Shown piece by piece: positions 27,291-38,736 of a stretch of DNA of 64,000 bases. Within the stretch, counting starts at the first letter, position 1. The number at the start of each line of letters is the position of its first letter. Position numbers and translations under genes: made by a program. The stretch is from Iphione sp. A-MEVVRFRX5 (Eukaryota). Where the stretch lies: positions 66,836,001 through 66,900,000 of the forward strand of contig OZ320314.1 of assembly GCA_976226885.1 (NCBI GenBank), in the 5' to 3' direction. Under the pieces are notes generated by a model that saw nothing but the letters and a program-made list of their open reading frames with translations, searched no databases and was not told the origin of the DNA.

Positions 27291-30200
27291 CAGTTTTCAT
27301 CCTTACACCTATGCATTTGTATGCATTTATATTGCGTAATCATTGACCAGAAGAGTGCATGGAAAAGCTAGGTGTTGGCCCTTTGCTTACATTGGCATTG
27401 TATTCTTTTCAAGGTATGTTGGTTGAAAATTAACAAAAAGGAACAAAATCTGTTAAATGTCATGCATTCCTCTGCAGATGTCCTAAATTGGTGCCAAATA
27501 TGATTTTTTTCTACAAATTTCTTGAATTTTCTGCGTAACTGCTAATTGTTTTTTGCATTTTCCCAATAAAAGCCTTGAAATTCTACAGCTATATAGTTTT
27601 ATGCTAATGATGAGTACATCAGGTACATTCTATACATGGAGCTCACATCCGAAACTTGGCCCTAGTCCCCTATTCAATACCCTTGCGTTTGCATGCATTT
27701 ACATGGCATTTATGAGCAATGCCCATTTTTTGGCATCACAGTCATGGAATAATTAAATGCAGTAACACTGCACAAATTTTAATGCAGTCTCAAGGTTTCG
27801 AAATACTCTTTCACTTCCATATAATGAGATACAGGATATTTACTCAACGTAGTACAACCTATAGCTTTCAAATAGAAAGCTCATATCGGTTTGCTGCCGC
27901 TGAAACTGTTGTAGCTTACAGTATCAAGCTGTATGTTTAAAAGGAACACAGGTTCGGAATATATGGCTTTTCCTCCGATGCACTTCGGTGTGATGAGTCC
28001 TTTGTTTTATCAGGATTTAAGTCTGCAAACTAAAAGAAATAAAAAAAACGGCCCAACTGGTTATGTATTTTCATCCAGATTAGCAGAAGTTGGGAGTTGG
28101 TCCCCTTGAAAAGGGACACCCCGGTAGTGAAGAATAATCCTGAGCCACATAGAAAAATGAAATGGAACTCCTCGAGTTTCCTAGAGCGAGATGCAGTGCC
28201 TTTGGGGAAAAAGGAATATTTTCCCATCCTGCATGAGAGAAGAAAAAGACGATAATGGAACGTCTCAAGCCTTCTGTTTTGTAAGTGTACGTGTTCTCCG
28301 AAACTCTTTTTAATGAAACACTGGGGACTGTTTTAGGGGATACAGAGACGACTGTACATGTAGTCAGGAGACTGATAGCTTTGAAGTCTGCTTTTCCAAC
28401 TTCATTCCCAATAATATGGGGTTTCTCAGAAGTCGGTCACAGTAGGCTCTCTGGTCACCACCAGAACCCCTAACTTGACCAACTCGACAACGGAAGAGAT
28501 CGCACCTTTTGAATTGTTTCCACAAATTTCTCTGTAATACGACCCAGCGCCCTGGTTATTACGACAGATGGGACTTTGGAGCTTTTCCCTATTAAATAAT
28601 TAGTCAAAACATGGCCGGTTGTGACTGACCATCGGAGAATGTAAGGGAGGAATAAATAAGTCATGTTTGCGGCCATATGAGCAGCAGCCCTGCTGTTAAG
28701 ACACTTGCGTCAACTTTTGCGCAGACATCAAATCAGTTACGATAGAGACAGGCGGGCAGAATGTCTTTTTTTTAATCATCCTTCCCTATTGTGCGTCAGT
28801 CAAGAAAATGCAAAGAGACAACTGCCCTGGCCTATGCTACGTCCGTTCTTTACACTTGCCTATAGGGAGAACTAATTCGACTAAAGCTGAATAAGTCATA
28901 ACGGACATATAGTACGTTCTACGTCATAAATCAGTGTTTTTGCTAGGGGTATGTATGTACCCGAGCGTCAGTAACCAGCATATGAGTTCTCACGCAAAAG
29001 CCACTATCTGTATCTCGCCAACAACTGGGTCCATGTCAGTCCATCAATCGCGACCTTAAACACGATGAGCAATTCGCCACGGCACCCTTATTGCCGCTAG
29101 TGGTTAGACGCTCCGTGCTGGCTGCCTGCGTCAGAAAGAGGGGTGTTGGGTAGATAGCAGAGAAACAAGCTGTCATATTCGTCATTATCATGTCAACCTA
29201 GATGACGAGGCCTCTCTAGGGATAGGTCATGGCCGTTCTTGTTGGAGATGACGACGGCGATATCCTGGCGAGTAGTGTAGGCGTTATGACAAAATGAGCT
29301 CAGCATAACACGCAAAAACTCTTAAAATCTATTCGCAGAACCCCCATCACTGTCAGCATAGATGACATGATTTACGTACGATATCAATCCACGGTTATTG
29401 ACTTCAGAAGAACTGAAATAGACTTTTAAATACATCCTGCCTTTCTTACTGCGTAGATATATTTTGTCTTATTACTGATGATTTGCCTTTCCCACACACC
29501 AAACTACTCTATAGCCACCGACAGGAAATCATCGATTCCCTAGTTTCTGTCTGCCCTCTCGCTTAGTCATATGGACACGTGCACTGTAGTGAAGAGAGAT
29601 GCAGACCTAGTGTAAACACTAAAACCTCATCAGTGTCAACGTAGATGACATTATTCATGTACAATTACAGGATAGGATTGTTCAGGGGAACTAATATAAA
29701 GTCATAAATAAGTCCTAGGTTTCTCCATAGTACAATGATATCTTTGACAAATATCCTTACAAATTATTACCTTTTTACACACAAGAATTTGTTGTGTAGC
29801 CACTAGGAGGGGAAGGGCTGGGGGGCATTATTGATGCCGTCGTTCTGGTCTGGCCCAGTCTCTTAGTCATGCATACACACGTGCACTGTAGTGAAGGGAG
29901 AAAGAAATTTTGTGTAGGGGGACGGGGGGAGGGGGAGGCGATTCAACGCCTGTTGCCCCTGCATGCTGCTGTTTCCTGTCTGCTCGTCCCGCTCGCCGTG
30001 TGTACAGCTAGCAGACATCGCCGCCCGCGCGCCCACGGCCGGCACTGATCAATGCTGCATGCCTGTGGCTGGGTTTGAGCCTTTGACGGCTTGCTCGGCT
30101 TACTGTCTCTTCCACCTGCATGGTACCTTTGTATTCACCATGGCTTCTCTTCTCATATACATGTACCGACAGATATAGACTCCTCCTATGGGGAGAGATT

Positions 30201-30576
30201 AGCTTGGCTAGCCTAAGGTAGTGAAGAGGGCCCCTACCTCTCTGCATACAACAAAAATGCGGAACCACGAGCGATTTAAACACCGCTTAGGTTACCAATT
30301 CTTACACAGGCCCGTAGGCCTTGGAGGCGTATACCTGCGGCTCAGCCCTAACCAGGTTAGCTGCATGTTGCATGGGGGGCTTTAGGAGTGCCTGTTCGGA
30401 ATGGGTTGTTTGCGCCTTAGCAGATCCAGGGAACGGTTGTATGAATTATTGCTCGCCAAGCTATTCATAGTGTTAATGGGTCCGATTTTGGCTGTTAATT
30501 TATTGAAATGGAGACTCATGTCTAGCCTGTTTTAGTAATACATGTACATGTATTGGATTACTAAGGCTTGTGTATA

Positions 30577-31262
30577 CAGTAGACTCCCTCGATTCCGGAC
30601 ACCCTTCGTTCTGCGTCAAATCGTCCGCATTTGAGACGCGTCCGCATTGGAGACGTGGCCAACCAACAGACAAGGGGTCAAACTTGGAAATGAAATCCCT
30701 TTCTCTCTCTCTCTCTACAAATTAATCCAACAAGTTAAGGTCCAAAAAGTACTGCATTTGACCAGTTAAAGTCCTAAAAGTCCTGAATTTGACCAGTTCA
30801 AGTCCAAAAAGTACTGAATTTGACCAGTAAAAGTCCTAAAAGTACTGAATTTGACCAGGAAAAGTCCAATAAGTGCTGAATTTGATGACTTTAAATCCAA
30901 ATGGAGCTGTGAGATACAGTCCCTCCAGGGTGTGAGAGACATCAGAGAGGTCACTGTTGACGCTCCCAGCGCGACAACACCTCGAGTTTGACGTTTTGCT
31001 GAGCGAATATCAAAGCAACAGCGACAACACGGGCTTCTGGGGGTCCGGCGGCCCCCGTTTGAAGTGATTTTAGCTGAATTTCTTAAGAATTGTCGCGCGA
31101 CACCTGCCGTCCGCAGGGAGGCGGCCCCCGACTTTTAGCGTCCGCATTGGAGACGTCAGCTCATAATGGTTAACTATGGGAACGCAGTTCGTTCTTCGTC
31201 AAATCGTCCGGAATTGAGACGCGTCCGCATTGGAGACGCGTCCGCAGGGAGGGAGTGGCCTG
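30577..31262. mobile_element. Tc1/mariner(pogo)-like MITE (686 bp) with imperfect TIRs
   Basis: Starts TA|CAGTAGACTCCCTCGATTCCGGACAC and ends GCGTCCGCAGGGAGGGAGTGGCCTG|TA (imperfect inverse); a ~51-bp block containing cgtccgcattggagacg repeats lies near both ends; internal minisatellite. Confidence 0.75.
30737..30891. repeat. 31-bp tandem array x5 inside the TA-type MITE
   Basis: Unit aaagtcc(a/t)aaaagtactgaatttgaccagtt at 30737, 30768, 30799, 30830 and 30861. Confidence 0.92.
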
Positions 31263-34200
31263 TATTGGATTACTAAGGCTTGTGTATAGTTTGTATAGCA
31301 AGCCTTGACTAAACGCCCAATATACTGTCTAACACCGCTACCTATTGCATGCAGAAATTTGCATCCACCTATTGACGACTACCTTGGCTAACCAATTCAC
31401 CATCTCAGACGTCACTTTGTTGTCTTCTATTCCTCATGAGCACACGCTTCAGTGAATATTGGGAAGTCGGGCTCAGGTTTCGAGGCCGACATGACAGGTT
31501 CGCCAGTGGCGCTAAGTAACTGCATCAAGCGGCGATCTGATGCAATCGACGCACCCATTCTTCTCTATTTTGTGACACATCACGTTCTGCCATGTCAGCT
31601 GCGCCCATCGTGGCCTAATACCGTTACATATCAGTCTAGAGCCCACCACCGTGTCAGTCCACCCCCCCCCCCCCCCCCCCCGAGGCCGAGGCCAGGAGAC
31701 CAGGCAGGCCAATGCTGACAGAGGAGGGCTTGGGCTTCCACAGGGGCGGCAGGCCGCGTCCGCACACCTGAGTCAGTCAGATTAGATCATCGGTGGCATG
31801 ATGTTGGTTGCCTGAGGTCACACACTGACCTGATGTAAGATGATAACTTTGAGAGCGGGGCTGTTTCAAGCTCCAAAGGATGCTCTTGTATTGAGCTGCG
31901 TGTGTGGGACAAGGGTCGTATATATTGCCGCCGTCCTCAGTAAAGAAAGCTTAGACAGACAGGACATCCGCAGGGACAGCTTTTATAAGCACTAAAAAGA
32001 TATGGCATTACAGCAAATGTAATGAAGGCACGACCCACCTGGCTTTATGGGAGTGATTCCAATATGATAATGGCATGTGAGCTGCTCTTACGACAAGAGA
32101 ATACATAAAGTGCACCCTGCCTTCTTCTGTAAGCTACCGTCGTGTGGCATACCGCTGCTCTATACATATAGTCACATCTGTAGGCGTGTGCCTCCAGAGA
32201 ACCGTCACGCTTAACCACGCAGCAAGTACGCCATTAACCTGCCTTTAACATGTGCATGTAAAATCAAGTGTTCAAATCATGCAGATGGAACGGGGATGAT
32301 GGCTGGCAGGGAAACATGTCAGGTGTGTGTCGGCAGGAATTTTTAATGGCGGGCCGATAGGACATGCACCTCCGTATGGAAGTCAGCCGTAGATGTCTAG
32401 CATTACAGGGAGGGGATGGTTGGCTAGTAGGCAACTGTGTGATACAGTTGTGCAGCCCCCCGTATCTACCGTCACACACATTGTTATGACTAAAGATGAC
32501 ATGCGGATATCGCATTGAAATAGCCCGTCATTGTAGCAATCAATCTATCAAACATGAGAGCTAGAACTCCCAGGTTGCTTAGCTGAGGCTTTCAGATTAC
32601 CAGACTACATTCTCACCTCACAACTTGTGCATTTGTTCGGCAACGCAAGCAGCTAATACATTTATATGTGCAATGTACATTTGTACGTATTTAGGTAACA
32701 TCACAATATCAGTAATGTTCTAGGCAGGCTATACAGTAGGTAAGAGGTAATACTATATATTTCTTTCTGAGGCACTACTTAACATATAATTTGAACCAGT
32801 TGAGATTCATACAAGGGTCGACGTTTCTTTCACTATGTATACATGCACGTGTGTATGCATACATGCATGTATATACAGTGTACACGTATATATGTAGTGT
32901 TATGCACATTAGAAAGAAGGTGTTATTTCCTTCATCTCCTTCCCTGGCTCCTCTTTCATATCCCCTTGTCTCATCCGCTCCGCCGACCACCCAAAAATAT
33001 AGATTGAGCTTCTCAGCCTTGTGTGAACTAGTATCCAGCTGATCGTTCAATTTGTAGGAAAAATCCAGTCTACCTTTATTTTCCAATAAGGAGAACCTAG
33101 TTTCAGTTGTCACTGGATGTATTGGAAGATGCGACAGTTAGCAGTGGAAAATTAGATAGCTGTATAGTCATCCGTAGCCTTCACGACCCGTTTCTCCTAC
33201 TCATCAGGCATTATGGCGAACCTTCATCCCAACGAAACCGAAGCCTGCAGCCAACATTCAGCCATTGAAGCCGAGCGTAAATCACGCTTGGCCAACTCGG
33301 CAGTTCTCATAAGAGAGTTGCTTGGTTCCCTCGAGCCAATCTAAATGCCTGTTGGCTTGAATAGCTCCCACCGTGGGCAAGATCAAGCTCTGTAAACCGT
33401 GGTTGTCGCCATTGCAATGCTCTTACTTCAGGGCTGCTCGGCAGTCTTCTTTACTGGCAGTCCGTACTTTCTTGTCAGGCTGCCTCTCGACTAGCTGTGT
33501 TTACTTATCCTAAGCTGAGATCCGGAGTTGGGTTTGTGGTACTTCACCACCTGCTTGGCCTGGGACCTGGACCTCGGGTGCAGTTACGGTCCCTTTCCTT
33601 ATCCATCATTTGGGCCCTGAACCACTTCCATTATCCATCAGTGTGTATGGTAACTGCCTTCGCCGGCCTTGAGTGATTGGGCCGGCACAGCCGCGCTCCC
33701 CCCTTCATCCCCGTATCCCACCTGGCTGTCCACTTGGGTGTCCGGCTCTTGCCACTCGCACGCTCACACCAAACAAACTCTCCTCTCCCGAGTGAGTTCA
33801 CACACGAACTCATCTAATCTACGGCAGAGTTTTATATGCGCACGAGTAGCAGGGACCAGCAGTAAAGGTTACTGAAGTGGTCCTCGTCGATGGTAACGTG
33901 CAGAGATAAAGGGGAGAATGACGGGCAATCGGAAAGCCAAGCGCTCATACATTGAAGCCTCAATCATGCCATCTCCTCCCGTGCCCTGCGAACTATCATA
34001 ATAAGGCGTCACCATACAGACACATGCACAGGTACGGCCGACTCTTTATTCCAATAGATTCAGAGAAAGAACTGCTCATTTATTGTGGTCAATATGCACC
34101 CCGTGGGGTTTTGTTTAGAGTTACTGGGCGTTACGCGGAGTCAGCCATGAGGTCTATGGTAGTCGATGTTATGTGACGTGTAGACAGATGGGAAGGACAA

Positions 34201-35571
34201 GGAGCAGAGAGAGCTATTTAGACAGAGAATACTATTTATGTGTTTGTGACTGTAATATACTGAGCATAGAAAGAAGCGAAATTGGAAACGTAAAAAGTCA
34301 AATTAGACTGTCCCGTATTTCAGCGCCGGCGCAAATTATGGTCGTTCGGTTACCGTCGTGCATTCCAATGTCAGTATGCAAGAAACGAGTAGGGCGCGCA
34401 AGTTTACAATCGTATAAAGATAAAAGGGTGCCGCTAACTTTCATCAAGTTGTAGTACATTGTACAGTTACATATCAATTAACAGTAAGTCGATAAATAGG
34501 CACGTGGAATAAGTCGCTCAGCGGCAGCTCCAACGTTTGATCTGTTGTTGTTAAGAGGCAGCTCGTTGGTTGGGCCGTGGTAACTCTCCATTACGACCAC
34601 AACAGTTGGGACCCTATGAATACATCTACATACAAAGGAGCCCGAGCTTTTGTTTACTGTCGTGAAAATGGTTTACAGCTAATGTAGAACTCGCATATAC
34701 AGAAGCCGGTTGCGTAGTGATCTAAGCTGTGTACGTTGAGCGGCCACGCCTGTTTCCACACAGCGCTTAGTGCTATGGCTCGATGGTGAGTAGTCTAGTA
34801 CCAGTGTAGTACTAGTGCTACTACAAAGACTGTCGTCGGCTCCAGATGGAGCGTTTCGATGGTAGATTATCGATCAGTTGGACTGTTGTGATTAGAAGCC
34901 GCCATGTTGAATGTTCACTCTGACAGAGAGACTTCAGTTGTCGGCACACCTCGGCTGCTCGCCAGCGGGCGTTGAAACATGGAAACTACATTACTGACTC
35001 CTAGCGGCGGGCACCGAAGCTTTGCCCCCCGGAAAAGTGGTCGGCAAAGCTTCAAACAAAGCAACATTGGTGCATTTCCTGTCTACTGACCGGCTCTATG
35101 GGGCTTGTTTGCTTTCCCTTGATACATTTTCCGCCTAAAAAGCCCTATGACATTGCACTCTCCCCATTGAGTCCAATAGATCAGATATATACAGGTCCAT
35201 CATCTGCGCGGAAGACTATTCTTTTTACAGTTAAACATCACCTGTACAGATGTAAGGCATCTTTTCGCCATCCTCTCTTTCTCATTCTCCGCTCCAAGAA
35301 GGGTCTGTTGGGTGGGCGTTTGCCTTCCGTCATTTTACTAACATTTTCGTTTCTTTGTATTGCAGATCATTGACGTACTAAAAACTTGTAATCACTAACT
35401 TTCCAGAATCATTATCTAACCAAGTAATGCGCTGCTATTCCGCCTTTCAGATCGCCATACTAAAATAATTGCCCCCCCCCTACTCTCCCCTCCTCACACT
35501 TCTAATTGGTCCGCAGACTTTGAACTAACCAGGGCCGTCGCCTGTCTTTCTCTTTTTTCCCCACCTTTTAG

Positions 35572-35718
35572 CTGCTCCGGACCCTAACCCTAATCCGGAG
35601 CCCAACCCGGATCCCGACCCCAATCCTGAGGCCATTCCGGCACCAGGGTCGGGGACCGGGTTAGGGGGGCCAGGTTCGACCAACTTCACCCACTTCCGCT
35701 ACATCCAGTACCTCACGC
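35572..35718 (+). CDS. Lar: Candidate additional or alternative LAR exon encoding an (X-Pro)n ladder plus Gly-rich linker (AAPDPNPNPEPNPDPDPNPEAIPAPGSGTGLGGPGSTNFTHFRYIQYLT)
   Basis: Branch point ACTAAC (35524-35529), long polypyrimidine tract ctttctcttttttccccacctttTAG, 147 nt (49 codons), phase 1-1, no stop, donor C|GTAAGT at 35719. Pro codons vary synonymously (cct/ccg/ccc/cca). Confidence 0.75.
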
Positions 35719-37043
35719 GTAAGTAGTCCGGTGGGTGGCGGGCGTGCGCCAGTGCCGCCAGCCAACCCCGCCCTTCACAGCCCCGCGGACCGTTCCACAA
35801 GAAGAACAAAATCCCAACTACCCCCACACACCTGAAAAAAATACCTCTTCATAGTAATACAATTGTTTTTGGCACATAAGTCATTTGGATCAGTTATGGC
35901 CCTTTTTCATACCAGGAGATCCTCTTGCTATCTGTTTCCATTGACAACAGGACGGCTATCTCATCCCCTCTGCAGGTGGCCCGGACTTCTTGGCGCCATC
36001 TTCTTGGCTTTTAAGGCGGGTTCGACTCGAGAACCCCATGTAGGTTAGTGAGGAGGACTTGTACCAGCCATAAGTCCAGCGAACCAATTTTGCTGCAGGT
36101 GATAAGACTCAAGAGTAGATAAAGCGCCGACGCCAGCAGTGTAATTAGAACCGTGGGCCGTGGTGATATAGCCTACATTTTCCTTGATACGATCGCCTTA
36201 TGTCTGCATTGTTTCGTTATTCACGTCAGGCAGTCTATTTGGTTTTTCCTTCTTTTGTTTTTGTCGTCATCAGTTGATAATAGTTCAATAGCGCCACAAT
36301 AGACATACCTCCGGTCCCGTTACTCAACTTGTCGGTGGTGTGCTTGAAGAGGACCAAAGGAAAGCAGCGTCAGGGCGCACACACCCCATTCCCGTTTTCC
36401 GTGCGCATCTTCCGGTCGCCGGAAGTGTACACGCGATCGCACAGGGCGTCACAGACGGTGGTCAGGTACACCGGTGTAGGAGTGCTTTGAACTTGACTGG
36501 CTCCTCCAGTGCTGCAGTGTCCGCGTAAGCATCAAAGAGGCTCCGTGGTGGCAGTGCAATTCGCTCTGTACACCTCCAAGTTCATACGTAGTACATGTTT
36601 AGAATGCGGGGTCTGTATCGATCGTAATAGTTGGCAATGTCAGCGGCTTTTGTAATAGCTCCTTTTAATCGACCCCACTAGTTTTGGGTCCTCCTTCTCA
36701 CTCACTCGATCGTTATGCATGATCACAGCCATTGATTTTTCGGTTAGTAGTTAGCACCAAAGGCCTTGTTGGAGGGTATTGGCTGTACATGGATTACGAG
36801 GCGTTATGGTTGTTGGACGCATAGCAAGAGGATCTCTCAGTGGCGCGAGTGGCTGGCTAGGGACTGAGACACGCCCGCCCGACCGCACGCGTGTAAAGAC
36901 ACGCCATTTAATATTCAACCATCGCTTGTGACATCATTTGCCAGAGGGAAGGTTGGTGGGGGAGTGTGCTGGAAACGACTTGAACCGATAGTACACTCAC
37001 TGCGGAATCCCCAGCCTCAATAGTGTTATGTCTACACTCAATT

Positions 37044-37097
37044 TGTGTGTGTGTGTGTGTGTGTGTGCGTGCGTGCGTGTGTGTGCGGTGTGTGTGT
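37044..37097. repeat. (TG)n/(TGCG)n microsatellite
   Basis: Direct reading. Confidence 0.9.
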
Positions 37098-37152
37098 AGA
37101 CAAACATGTACCAAGGAAGAGGTCGATGTCTGCAGAGCTCCCTTCCGAATAA

Positions 37153-37792
37153 GGCCCGGTTTCCTTATGTGCGGCGACCTGCGTTGGTATGCGTGTGCGT
37201 TTCAGTGCGGGAAACGCATCGGTGGGGTGCAGGCCCGGTTTCCGGACGGCAACGCAGAGGGGTGTCCTTTGACAACCAGTGCGGGCCAGTGCGGACCAGT
37301 GCGTTTTATGACTGGAAAATACGAAAAAACGGCAAAATACGGCCGAAAAGCGGCAAATTACATGCAAATTGTCCCGAAAAACGCTCATTTCATGCAAATT
37401 CGGCCAAAAAACGGCAAATTACATGCAAATTCCGCCGAAAAACGGCTAATTTCATGCAAATCGGCCGAAAAACGGCAAAACTGTGCGGAAAAAAACGGGA
37501 AAAAAACGACATTGTGCGGAAATGTGCAGATATGTGCGGTATCATCAGTCAAAAGTCAGTCAAATTCAGTCAAAGTCAGTCAAAATGATACAAACACCAG
37601 TGCGTTGCTGTGCGTGTGCGTGGAATTTACGGGAACGGTCCGAAAACCAGCCACGCAGCTCTCCGCAGCTCTCCGCAGCCGCAGCTCTCCGCAGATAAGG
37701 AAATCCTCTCATTAAAATAACCGTGACAGTAAAACCGGTGCGTTTACCGCACCGCAACGCACGCATTGCTACGCACATAAGGAAACCGGGCC
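37153..37792. mobile_element. Non-autonomous PIF/Harbinger-type MITE (640 bp)
   Basis: Perfect 21-bp TIRs ggcccggtttccttatgtgcg / cgcacataaggaaaccgggcc with further subterminal inverted similarity; TAA target-site duplication (37150-37152 and 37793-37795); no transposase. Confidence 0.9.
37340..37488. repeat. 30-31-bp tandem array (about 5 units) inside the Harbinger MITE
   Basis: Unit cggccgaaaa(a/g)cggcaaattacatgcaaatt repeated with variation; it explains the 230-aa pseudo-ORF 37023-37715. Confidence 0.9.
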
Positions 37793-38436
37793 TAACGTGC
37801 CAACTTACTACTACACCTGTATGCATACGTATACACATGAGGGGGCACATAGGATTTTTGTATTGATCTTGCTCAATGCACCGCATGTATGAGGGAACCG
37901 TAGTCGCTGTATTAAACACTTTTAGTGATGAACGACATCACACCTGGCTAACCAGAGGCACCGTCCTCACTAACCCGCAGGTGTGTGCGTGCATGCGTGT
38001 GTGTGCATGCGTGTGTGTGTGTGTGAAAAGTGTTTTCGGCGGCGAGTGTAGATCACCACTGGAACATTGAAGTCCCCATTGACAAAACAAAATATAAACA
38101 TATTCTATGACAGCTGTCTGCTTTTCCTTATAATTGATCACAGAAGTCAAGTGACTTGTTTTCTGATATGCTATAGTTCATCATTAACACAAACTGTATA
38201 TGTACAGATCTATATGCAACTTGTCTAGAGTTGTTCTATAAGCTCTCCCCCACCTTTCTTCCCCAGTTGCCCATCTTAACAAAAATTATTTTAACATCTT
38301 TGGGAAAAGTTAGCGTGTATACTGTACCAGTTTAAGTTTCTATTCAGTAGTGCCGTGGCCCGGCTGGCTACAGGTTGACAGGGAGGCTTGCATTGAGGAA
38401 ACTGATTCTAACCATGTTGTTTTTGTGTCTTTTCAG

Positions 38437-38736
38437 ATGCACCACGAATCACTCTGGCCCCAAAGGACCAGAAGGTGTCGGAGAATGGCATCGTCAGCTT
38501 CTTCTGCAAAGCGTCCGGGAATCCAGCGCCAGACATCCACTGGCGCAAGGGTGGCAAGCGCGTGTCGGCCAACCGCCAGCGCTACATGCAGGTTGACATG
38601 CCGCATGGGTCCGTGCTGCGTATTGAGCCGGTGAAGGCAAGGAGAGATGATAATATCTTCGAGTGTGTTGCCGACAACGGGATTGGTGAGCCGGCCACCG
38701 CCTCAGCACGCCTCGACGTCTACGCTGAAGGACAGG
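38437..38736 (+). CDS. Lar: LAR exon, Ig-like domain 1
   Basis: Acceptor ttttgtgtcttttcag|, donor G|GTACGT, 300 nt, phase 1-1. Translation has I-set Ig hallmarks: FFCKASGNPAPDIHW, SVLRIEP, DDNIFECVADNGIG, ASARLDV. Confidence 0.96.

Noticed and set aside
30737-30891. Regular ~31-bp repeats as a CRISPR array
   Set aside because: Head-to-tail tandem units without unique spacers, in eukaryotic DNA with no cas genes.
33180-33830. Decayed frames with a TIHTDG (RNase H-like) word
   Set aside because: Single short motif without supporting RT or RNase H residues.
34764-34791. Micro-exon candidate ending GATG|GTGAGT
   Set aside because: The first AG gives 22 nt (frameshift); the 15-nt version needs skipping a better upstream AG.
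35345-35455. Three acceptor-like sites upstream of the XP exon
   Set aside because: Immediate stops (e.g. G|AT CAT TGA) or no matching donor; possibly decoy sites.
35582-35593. (CCCTAA)2 telomere-like repeat, with GGGTTAGGG nearby
   Set aside because: Only two units, explained by Pro-Asn codons in the candidate exon and its hairpin.
37023-37715. Longest ORF in the track (230 aa)
   Set aside because: It is a (TG)n microsatellite plus the MITE's tandem array; no domain or splice logic.
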